Positions 7,210 through 16,500 of a stretch of DNA of 17,384 bases are shown here, piece after piece. The stretch covers positions 1 to 17,384 of the forward strand of contig JACRKZ010000077.1 in the NCBI GenBank assembly GCA_016235455.1, given 5' to 3'. The stretch comes from Armatimonadota bacterium. Its GTDB lineage: Bacteria > Armatimonadota > UBA10988. A program made the translations under genes and the position numbers. The notes below the pieces were generated by a model, which was given only the letters and a program-made list of their open reading frames with translations, did no database searches and was not told where the DNA came from. Numbering within the stretch: the first letter of the stretch is position 1; the number at the start of each line of letters is the position of its first letter.

Positions 7210-9402
7210 CCTGACTAGCACACGCAGTCGCTTGGCTGTGTACGACCCCGCGTTGCCCGCGAACGTCCAGTCACGCGTGCGCTGCATGCCCGGCTTGGGG
7301 TCCAGGTTCGAGTTGCCGATGCCCAGGTCGGCGCCGGTGCCGGCGCGCCAGTTGTTGATGGCGAACACGGTCTGCTTGGCACCGTAGTTGCCCACCTGCA
7401 TCGAGCCGTAGCCCTCGATGGGGTCCATGTACTCGTCACCGAAGTCCCACACGCCAGCGTCGGCGTTGGGGATGGCGGCTTTGTTGGCCGGGCCGTAGTT
7501 GTGCGGCCAGAACTCGATGTTGCAGGTGCCCAGCGCCGTGCCGCCCGCGATGCCTTCGGCGTTGGAGATGATGTTGGCGTTGGCCACCTTGGTCTGGAAG
7601 ACCGCACCGCTGGCCGCCGTCGGCACGCCGATTTTGGCCAGGCTGTCGGTAAAGGCATCCATGGACACCCACACGTACTGCGTCGGCTTGCCCTGCGCCG
7701 TCAGCTCCAGGAAGTAGCCGATGCGGTCGAACTTGCCGGTGATCTTGGCGCGGTTGTCCACGTCGTAGACCAGATTGGCGCCGAGGTTGGCCAGGTCGAG
7801 ATCCAGCGCCAACTGGTAGTCCTTGGCTTCGGCCACACGCAGCGCCAGGTAATCGCGCTTGGGCACCTCGCCGGCCCGGAACGGCCGCGCGGGCAGGCCT
7901 TCCTTGTTGGCCAGGTTGGGCTCGGCCATCTTGCTCCAGGCATAGGTCACGGCCAGCGGCTTGGGCACCTTGGGGCAGCTGACCAGGACGCTGTCGCCGT
8001 CGATCACGGCCGTGGCGTCTTCGAAGTCCGTCTCCTCGCCGATCACCTGGAACCAGGTCAGCGGCTTGTCATCACGCGAGACCAGACCACCGCCGACGTT
8101 GTCGAAGCGCAGCCGGATCTTGTCGCCCTCGAGCGCCATGGACTTGAACACGGGGCCGTCGGCGACGACGTCCTTGCGGCCATAGGCACCCTTCAGCGCG
8201 AGCAGGGCGAACCGACGGCCCACTTCCTGCTTGTTGCGCGGATGGATGTCGTTGTACTCCGAGATGTCGTTGGTGACGACCATGCCCGTGTTGGGCAGCT
8301 TCAGTGCGGCGGCCTGCGCCTCCCAGAACTCAGCCATGACCTGCGGCGGCTCGGCACCGTAGTTGAACGGTGCGATCTGCACCCAGTAGAAGGGCATATC
8401 TGGGTTCTGGAAGACCGTGCGCCAGCCTCTGACCAGTGCTTCGGTCTTGGCGGTGTAGAGCTTGCCCTCACCGTGGTTCGACTCGCCCTGGTACCAGATG
8501 GCGCCCTTGAGCCCGAAGGGCACCAGGCCCTCGACCATGCCGTGGTACAGCGTGGTCGGCTGCTGCTGCGGCTGATCACCGCTGGCCAGCGACTGCAGTT
8601 CGGCGGGGAAGGCCGGCGCCGGCGCGATGGGCTTGCCCGCGGCCATGGCCGTGCGGGCGGCCTCGGTCCAGTCGGTCAGGGCCTTGATGTACGCGGTGAG
8701 CTTGGCCTGGTAGGCGGGGTTCTTGGGGTCTGCCGCCTGCACGCGAGCGGCGATGTCGGCCAACTCGGGCAGCAGCGAGAAGCTCTCGGGCGTGCACCAC
8801 GGCTCGATGCGCGTGCCGCCCCACGAGCTGTTGATCAGCCCGATGGGCACGCCGAGCTCCTTGCGCAAGGTGCGGGCCATGAAGTAACCACAGGCCGTGA
8901 ACGAGCCGGCCGTCTGCGGCGAGCAGACTTTCCAGTCGCCGCGGATGTCGGTGCCGCTGTAGCCCAGCGGCGCCTTGACCGCCTCGATGCTGCGGATCTG
9001 GTCATCTGTGGCGGCGGCGATGTCAGCCGCGGCGTTGAGGCAGCTCGCGACGCGCATCTCCATGTTCGACTGGCCCGAGCAGAGCCAGACGTCGCCGACC
9101 AGCACGTCGTCGAGAGCGACCTCGTTGTTGCCCTTGACCTTCAACTGCATTGGGCCGCCGGCCCTGCGCGCCGGCAGCTTGACGCTCCAGCGGCCGTCGG
9201 CACCGGTCTTGGCGGTGACCGCCGCGCCATCGCCCAGCGTCACGCTGACCGCCTCATCGGCCGCCGCCGTGCCCCAGACGGCGATCTCGCGGTCGCGCTG
9301 GAGCACCATATGGCTGCCGAACACCGCGGGCAGCTTGACATCGGCCCAGGCGCTGGTGGCCACCAGGGCCAGCAGCAGGGACCACCGCACGAACTTGCGC
9401 AT
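7198..9402 (-). CDS. Secreted sialate O-acetylesterase (SASA/DUF303, SGNH hydrolase) family protein with an extra C-terminal domain, 734 aa
   Basis: Signal peptide MRKFVRWSLLLALVATSAWA|DVKLP; AGGAG before ATG 9402. Family motifs VFGSHMVLQR, GDVWLCSGQSNM (catalytic Ser), PIGLINSSWGGTRIEPW, GAIWYQGESN, PFYWVQIAP, NDIHPRNKQEVG (catalytic His), NLANKEGLPARPFR. Confidence 0.9.
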   Translation of the reverse strand: MRKFVRWSLLLALVATSAWADVKLPAVFGSHMVLQRDREIAVWGTAAADEAVSVTLGDGAAVTAKTGADGRWSVKLPARRAGGPMQLKVKGNNEVALDDVLVGDVWLCSGQSNMEMRVASCLNAAADIAAATDDQIRSIEAVKAPLGYSGTDIRGDWKVCSPQTAGSFTACGYFMARTLRKELGVPIGLINSSWGGTRIEPWCTPESFSLLPELADIAARVQAADPKNPAYQAKLTAYIKALTDWTEAARTAMAAGKPIAPAPAFPAELQSLASGDQPQQQPTTLYHGMVEGLVPFGLKGAIWYQGESNHGEGKLYTAKTEALVRGWRTVFQNPDMPFYWVQIAPFNYGAEPPQVMAEFWEAQAAALKLPNTGMVVTNDISEYNDIHPRNKQEVGRRFALLALKGAYGRKDVVADGPVFKSMALEGDKIRLRFDNVGGGLVSRDDKPLTWFQVIGEETDFEDATAVIDGDSVLVSCPKVPKPLAVTYAWSKMAEPNLANKEGLPARPFRAGEVPKRDYLALRVAEAKDYQLALDLDLANLGANLVYDVDNRAKITGKFDRIGYFLELTAQGKPTQYVWVSMDAFTDSLAKIGVPTAASGAVFQTKVANANIISNAEGIAGGTALGTCNIEFWPHNYGPANKAAIPNADAGVWDFGDEYMDPIEGYGSMQVGNYGAKQTVFAINNWRAGTGADLGIGNSNLDPKPGMQRTRDWTFAGNAGSYTAKRLRVLVRLAK

Positions 9403-9503
9403 GAGCAAACACTCCTGTCCGCGGATTCACGGCGGTATTCGGAACTCCTCCTGGTAGGAGAGCGTCGGCCTTGGGCGAATGGCAGGCGCGGAGACATCAC
9501 GCG

Positions 9504-10583
9504 ATGGGTCAGTTTGATGGTCTAGCAGTCAACATGGGCAATCTGCACCGGCTCAGTGCCGCGCAGACGCGCTCGATCAGCGCCGAGCACTACACTGGCG
9601 CCAGGGGCGCCGGCGGCATGGCCACCGAGGGTACCGGCGCCGGCTGCGCCCGCGACCTCGGCCAGGGCTGGAAGATCTCGCCCTCGGTGCGCATCGAGGC
9701 GGGCGCCACCTTCGAGATGGCCGACATCGAAGGCCCCGGCGCCATCCAGCAGATGTGGCTGACGCCGACCGGCAACTGGCGCTTCTGCATCCTGCGCATC
9801 TACTGGGACGACCAGGAACAGCCGTCCGTGGAGTGCCCGGTGGGCGACTTCTTCGCCTGTGGCTGGGGGCAGTACGCCCAGGTCACCTCGTTGGCGGTCT
9901 GCGTCAATCCGGGCAGCGCCTTCAACTGCTACTGGCCGATGCCGTTCCGCAGCCGCTGCCGCATGACCATCACCAACATCGCGGGCGACGCGATGACGCT
10001 CTACTACCAGGTCAACTACGCGCTGGGCGAGGTGCGCGACGACTGCGCGTACTTCCACGCGCAGTGGCGCCGGGCCAATCCGCTGCCCTACCGCGAGGTC
10101 TACACCATCCTGGACGGCGTCAAGGGCCAGGGGCACTACGTGGGCACCTACATGGCCTGGCAGGTGAACAACACCGGCTGGTGGGGCGAGGGCGAAATCA
10201 AGTTCTTCATGGACGGCGACCAGTGGCCGACCATCTGCGGCACCGGCACCGAAGACTACTTCTGCGGCTCGTACAACTTCGAGAACCAGGCCACCAAGCA
10301 GTACCAGGAGTTTACCACGCCCTATGCCGGCATGCCACAGGTCATCCGCCCCGACGGTGTCTACCGCAGCCAGCAGCGCTTCGGGCTGTACCGCTGGCAC
10401 ATCACCGACCCGGTGCGCTTCTCGCAGGACCTGGCGGTGAACATCCAGGCGTTGGGCTGGCGCAGCGGCGGTCGCTACCTGCCGTTGCAGGACGACATTG
10501 CCAGTGTGGCATACTGGTACCAGACGCTGCCCACCGCGCCGTTCCCGCTGCTGGGCTCGCGGGACGACTTGGAGATCATCTAG
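9504..10583 (+). CDS. Glycoside hydrolase family 172 (DUF2961) protein, no signal peptide
   Basis: TRSISAEHYTGARGAGG, IEGPGAIQQMW, LRIYWDD...PSVECPVGDFF, AFNCYWPMPF, YFHAQWRR, GHYVGT, WWGEGE (~10179-10196), GTGTEDYF (~10239-10262), YRWHITDPVRF, DDIASVAYWYQ. The two glutamate motifs correspond to the GH172 catalytic residues. GGAG at 9490-9493 precedes ATG 9504. Confidence 0.9.
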   Translation: MGQFDGLAVNMGNLHRLSAAQTRSISAEHYTGARGAGGMATEGTGAGCARDLGQGWKISPSVRIEAGATFEMADIEGPGAIQQMWLTPTGNWRFCILRIYWDDQEQPSVECPVGDFFACGWGQYAQVTSLAVCVNPGSAFNCYWPMPFRSRCRMTITNIAGDAMTLYYQVNYALGEVRDDCAYFHAQWRRANPLPYREVYTILDGVKGQGHYVGTYMAWQVNNTGWWGEGEIKFFMDGDQWPTICGTGTEDYFCGSYNFENQATKQYQEFTTPYAGMPQVIRPDGVYRSQQRFGLYRWHITDPVRFSQDLAVNIQALGWRSGGRYLPLQDDIASVAYWYQTLPTAPFPLLGSRDDLEII

Positions 10584-10584
10584 G

Positions 10585-13500
10585 GTGGCGTATCTCCCTC
10601 GGCTCACAGTCCTGTTCGCGCTTCTGGCCGGGCTGTCGCTGGCTGACCAGCGACCGGCCTCGGCCCAGGAGCGCCTGGCGCCCGCCACGTGGTTCGACGA
10701 GGCGCGTGACCAAGTGCCCACGGCGCCGTGTGTCACGCGCCGCGTGGCGCCGGTGCTCGACGGCGACCTGCTGGACTGGGCCGACCACCCCAACCTGCCG
10801 CTCGGCCTGCCCTGCCAGGCGCGCTTCGACGCCAACTGGTTCGGCCGCGCCGACCTGAGCGCGCGCGTCTGGCTGGCTTGGGACCGCACCTACCTCTACG
10901 CCGCGGCGCAGATGACCGACGATCGGCCGGTGATCGCCCCCGGCGGCGACCCGCGGAAGGGCGACCTGCTCAGGCTGTTCGTCGGCGCCGATCCCGACGC
11001 GCCCGCGGCCGGCGCCAAGGCCATCTACCTGCTGCCACCGCGCAATGGCCAGCCGGCTGTGGCCGCCGATGGCGACACGCTCGATCCCATCCCCGGCGCC
11101 GACCTGGCCTGGAAGGCCGTTGACCGCGGCACTCGCCTGGAACTGCGCGTGCCCTGGGCGGCACTGCCCGGCGGCCCCCCGCGGGTTGATGACCAGCGCG
11201 CGCTGGCCATCGACCTGGCCGACTGGGATACCGACAAGACGCCAGACGGCTCGCTGGTCTTCCCGGCCTCGCTCGACCCACCCAAGCCGGTCAGCGCACC
11301 CGCGGCACCCGCGGGCTGGCAGCCACCCCGGGTCGAGCCGGCGCCGCGGCCGGCGCGCCTCGCGCCGTTGGCCATCACCGGCGCGCTCGGCGAGAGCGAA
11401 GCGCTGCTCTACCTGCCCGCGTGCCTGCCCGTCGGCTGCGAGAAGAGCTTCTACGGTGACAACGAGCAGGTCCGTATCTATGCGCTGAGCGGCCTGCCCC
11501 AAGGGGCGCTGGCGCGGCTCGACCTGTGGGCCACACGCTCGGCCGCACAGCCGTTCCTGCTCTCGCGCGACGAGAGTTGGAGCGAAGGCGCGGTCGGCGG
11601 GCAGACCTGGAGCTACCAAACCCCCGAGAAGTTCGACCAGTCGTTGCTCCTGGTGGCCGCCGTGCGCGACCCGTTCGACAGTCAGCGCGCTTACGGTCGC
11701 CTGACCTCCATGGGCGGCGTGTTCGACGAGTACCTGGCCAAGCTCAAGGCGCTACGCGAGCACATCATGGTCGTGGCCACGGAACCTGGCGCCGACGCGC
11801 GCCGGCGGCGCTACCTGGGCTCGGTGCTCATCAATCTCGAGGACCGGCAGCGGGCCAACGAGATGTGGCGCAGCTACCTCGCGCCGGACGACGTGGACAA
11901 ACTGCGGCGCGACGTCGCGGACATAGAGGCCGCGGCCGATGGCGCGCTGCGCGGCATCGACCCCTACGCGGGCAAGACCGGGCAGATCCTGCGCGGCTAC
12001 GTGTCCGACATCGACGACACGTTGCAGCACTACGCGGTAGGCATCCCCGACAACTGGGTGCCGGGGCAACGCCTGCCGCTGGTCATGTCGCTGCACGGTT
12101 ACGGTTCGGGCCAGTTCCAGGGCTCACCAGCGCCGCGCGAGGACGGCATGATCTACCTGTCGCCCTACGGCCGCGGCAACGGCGACTACAAGCTGTGGTG
12201 CGAGGAGGACCTGCGCACGGTCATCGCCGCCTGCCTGGAGGATTACGGCTGCGATCCCGACCGCGTCTACTGCACCGGTGGCTCCATGGGCGGCACCGGA
12301 TCCTGGCAGATCGCCACGATGTACCCTGACCTGTTCGCGGCCATCGGCCCGACCATGGGCAACGCCAACCACCGGGTGTGGGAGCAGGTGTGGGGCTGGG
12401 GCCAACGGGGCCAGACCTTCCTCACCCCGTTCCGCAACTGGCTGGAGTCCACGACCTCGGCCTTCACCTATGCGGAGAACCTGCGCAACGTGCCGGCTTG
12501 GTGCGTCCATGGCGATGCGGACGACATCGTCCCCGTCGACCATTCGCGCACCATGGTGCGCCGGCTGCGCGGTTTGGGTTATCAGATCAGCTATGAGGAG
12601 CAGTCGGGCGTTGGCCACGGCGGCTTCGCCTCGGGCACCGAGCAGCGCCAGCGCCGGGCCATGATGACCCAGGTGCGCGACCTGTGGCCCAGGCATGTCA
12701 GCTACAAGACCAGCTGGCCGCGCTATCAGGGTGCCTACTGGGTGCGCATCGAGCGCATGACCGCCCCGGGCAAGGACTCGGTCATCGACGCGAAGGTCAG
12801 CGGCCAGAAGGTCGAGGTGACCTGCTACAGCGTGTCGCGCTTCGCGCTGACTCTGAGCGACCGCCTGCTCGATACGCTGCGCCCGGTGACGGTCAGCGTC
12901 AACGGCATGACGGCCTTCAGCGGCCAGGCACCGGCGGACGGCCCGCTGCGCATCGGCATCGCCGATGGCCGCTGGCAGACGGTGCAGCCGCCGCGTGGGC
13001 TGGAGAAGAACGCGCGCGTCGGTGGCCCGGTGGAACATGCCTTCATGTCTCGCTTCCTGCTGGTCTATGGCACCACGGGCGACCGCCGCACCAACCTGGT
13101 GAACCGGCTCATGGCCGAGCAGTGCGCCGACAAGTGGAAGCGCTGGGGTCGCGGCCAGCCAGCGCGCCTCAAGGCCGACTTCGATGTCGACGACGACGAT
13201 GTCGCCGAGAGCAACCTGATCTGTTTCGGCTCGCCCGACAGCAACCGCATCACGGCGCGCGTCAATCCGAGCCTGCCGGTGCGCTTTGAGCCCGCCAGCG
13301 AGACGCTGCCGGCCGGTATCCGCGCCGGATCCGAGGTGTTCAGAGGCGACGATGTCGGCGTGAAGCTGTGTTACCCCAATCCGCTCAACCCCGACCGTTA
13401 CGTCTGCCTGTTCGGCGGCGCCACCTGGCTGGGCACGTGGGACATCAACGGCCGCTTCGGCAACTGGTTCGACTGGGGCGTGTTCGACGACCGCAACTGG

Positions 13501-16500
13501 TCCGACTTCAACATCTTCGACGCGCGCACCCAGACGCCTGAGACGCATCTGCTGACCGGCTACTTCGACAGCGACTGGAAGCTCGACGGCGGGCTCCTGC
13601 TGCGGGGCGACCCCAAGCTGCGCGCTCAGACCAAGCCGCGCCGCGCGCCGGACCCGCTGGCCGGGCCGACCAACGACGATGTCTGCTACCTGAGCGACCT
13701 GGTGCCGCTGCGCCAGCGCCAGGAAAAGGGCGTGCTCGGCTACGACCAGAGTTTTGGCGGCCGAGCCATCACACTGGGTCGCAGCACCTTCGCCCGCGGC
13801 CTGGGCATCCATCCCGAAGCGGAGATGGTCTACGACATTGGCGGACGCTTCGACCTGTTCGACGTCTGGGCTGGCATCGACCTGGAGGGCGCCGACAGCG
13901 TCAGTGGGGCGCGCGAGGCAGCCGAGCGGGTCGGCTTCGAGGTGTGGGGCGACGGCAAGCTGCTGGCCGACAGCGGCGAGATGCGCTGGAACACCAAGCC
14001 CAAGCACTTCCTCGTGCGCGTGACCGGCGTGAAGGAACTGCGCCTCAATGCCCGGGCAATGGACTTCCGCAAGTGGCTGTTCGGCTCCGCCGCTTGGGGT
14101 GAGGCCAAGCTCTCACGTACCAGGCTCGCCGCGGCCGAAGTCACGACGGCGGCACCGCGGGCCGTGCCCAGCCCCGACCGGCTGGCGCTGGACGGTCGTT
14201 GGCAACTCGACAGCTACGGCGTCGGCGCCGGCCTGGCCGGCGGCGCGCTGAGCAGTGCGGCGGCCGAACGGACCATGGAAGTGCCGGGCTCCGTGGCCGC
14301 GTCCTGCGCGGCGCTCGGCGAGATCCCCGCACTGGACAGCGACGACGGGCTCAGAGCCGCCGCTGGCTTGACCGATCGTGAATGGTGGCTGCGCCGCCGC
14401 GTAGACATACCCGCCGCGTGGGCCGGTCGAGCCCTGCGGCTCCGCGTCAGCGGGGCCACGGTCTCGGCTGACCTGTGGTGCAACGGCACCAGCGTGGGCC
14501 GCACCGACGGCGCGCCTGAAGGTTGCTCGGAGTTCGACCTCACGGACTTGGCCCGGCCCGGCCAGCCCAATGAACTCGCCGTGCGCCTGACCGCCGGCCC
14601 GGCCGAGTGGAGTGGGGTGACCTGGTGGAGCGCGCCTGGCCGCGACAAGGTGCTGGCGCCGCGCGTGGCCTGGGGCGACGACGGTGGCGGAACCTGCCTG
14701 CCGCTGGGCATCCACGGCGAGGTGACGCTGGAAGCCGTCGGGCAGACGACGCTGGGCGCCCCGCGCGTCTCGGCGCGGCTGCTCGACGCAGTGCCGGCCG
14801 GCGGCGAGGCCACGGCGCGCGGCATGGTGACCGTGACGCTGCCAATCACCTCGGCGGACAAAGAGCCGCATGGCGTGCCGCTACGCGTGTGGGTCCGGCG
14901 ACCTGGCGAGCCGCCGGTCGAGGTGACGTGCAACGTCCTGGTCGACCCAGTGGCCAATGAGCCGGCGCGGTTCAGCTTCGAGATGCCCGCGGTGCTGCCC
15001 TGGTGGCCGACGGGCCTGGGCACTCAAAGCACCTACCGGCTCACCGTCGCGGTCGACGGTGCACTGCCGGCCGACGACGTGCGTGAGACGACCTTCGCCT
15101 TCCGCCAGGTGAGTGTCGCCGGGGAGCAGTTGCTGGTCAACGGCCAGCCGTGGTCGCCGCGCATGGTGCGCTGGCGGCCCATCGACCGCTTTCTGCGGCC
15201 CGCCCGGCAGCGTACCGAGCAACTGCTGCGCGCCGCGCTCGACGCCGGGTTCAACACGCTGCGAGTGGAGTCAGGCGCGCTCTGGGCCTCGCGCGAACTG
15301 CTGGACCGCTGTGACCAGCTTGGCCTGATGGTGCTGGCTGAGTTGCCGCTCTCGGGCGACATCGGCCCCCTGGGCGACGACCTGGCCCGAGCCGCGGCCG
15401 GCGGGTGGGCTGGCCTGCTGCGCAACCATGCCTGCCGCCTGGGCTATGTGTTGGGCACCGATGTGGGCGACAGCGGCGACTGCGCGTTCCGCCTGGCGGC
15501 GGCCGGCCGGCGACTGGAGGACCTCGATCCCGACGGTCTGGTGGTCGCGCCGACCCGGTCGGCGAGTGGCCTCGCGGCCTGGAACTGGTCGACGCTCGGC
15601 GTGGCCCGGCGCGGGCTTACGGCCCATGTCTGCCAGGTGGCTTTGGCCACGGCGCCGCCCGCCGACGGCTCGGCATTGGGCTCGGCGCTGGCCGACCCGG
15701 CAGCCGTCGAGCTATGGCCGCTGAGCGATGCCTGGCGGCGCCGCGGCGGCTCGGACGATGATGTACGCGCGGCGTTGACGCGGCTCGGCCCGGCCGATGA
15801 CATCGGGGATCTGGCGCAGCGACTAGGCTGGTGGCAGGCGGAATCGGCGCGGCGCCAACTGACCGGCTGGACCCGCGGCATGCTCAGCGTGGACACGCTC
15901 AACGAGAGCTGGCCGCGGGTGGGCGGTGCGCTGATCGACTTCCAGGGCGCGCCCAGGGCCGCGCTCGACCTGCTGCGCACGCGGCTACGGGCCCGCGCGG
16001 CATGGTCTGAGCCATCGGCCGAGGCGCTGTCCATTGGCGAGACGCTCAGCACTCGGCTGCATGCGGACGAGGCTGTGCCCGCCGAGGCCACGGTGCGTTG
16101 CCGGCTCCAGGGCCTCGACGGCAAGGTGTGGGCCGAGTGCAGCTACGCCGCCGCCGAACTGGACGCGGCGCGCCTTGTCTGGCAGCCCGCGTCGGGCACG
16201 CCGTCGGGAGCCTACCTCCTGGTGACCGAAGTGCTCGGCGGCGATGCCCCGGCCGATGTCGCACCGCTCACGCTGCGCGCCGACCCCGCCATCGCCAGGC
16301 TGGCCGTAGCGACCGTCGGCACCGAACTGCCGCCCGTGCCCGGTTTGGTGTCTGACGCGCGCGCGGCCAAAGTGTGGTGGGCCGGCGGATCGCTGGCCGA
16401 CCAGGGCGCGGAGATGGAGCGCGCGGTGCAGGCCGGCGCCGGTGTGGTCTTCGACGGCTACCCGTCATTGCCTTACGGCAGTGAGCTGGACAAGGCCCTG

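Noticed and set aside
9445-9460. CTCCT...AGGAG inverted repeat in the SASA/GH172 divergent spacer
   Set aside because: 5-bp arms only. It could be part of an operator but cannot be told from chance, and no convincing -10/-35 pair was found nearby.
10498-10584. 29-aa N-terminal extension of the giant ORF overlapping GH172
   Set aside because: GTG 10585 has an RBS and yields a clean signal peptide; the extension lies within the conserved GH172 C-terminus in another frame.
305-14007. Long antisense or alternative-frame ORFs (e.g. 305-1360 -, 2944-3906 +, 5057-6727 +, 7501-9525 +, 9522-10889 -, 12124-14007 -)
   Set aside because: Each overlaps a gene with clear family motifs and has no recognisable motifs itself. 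Long shadow ORFs are expected in high-GC DNA with strong codon bias.
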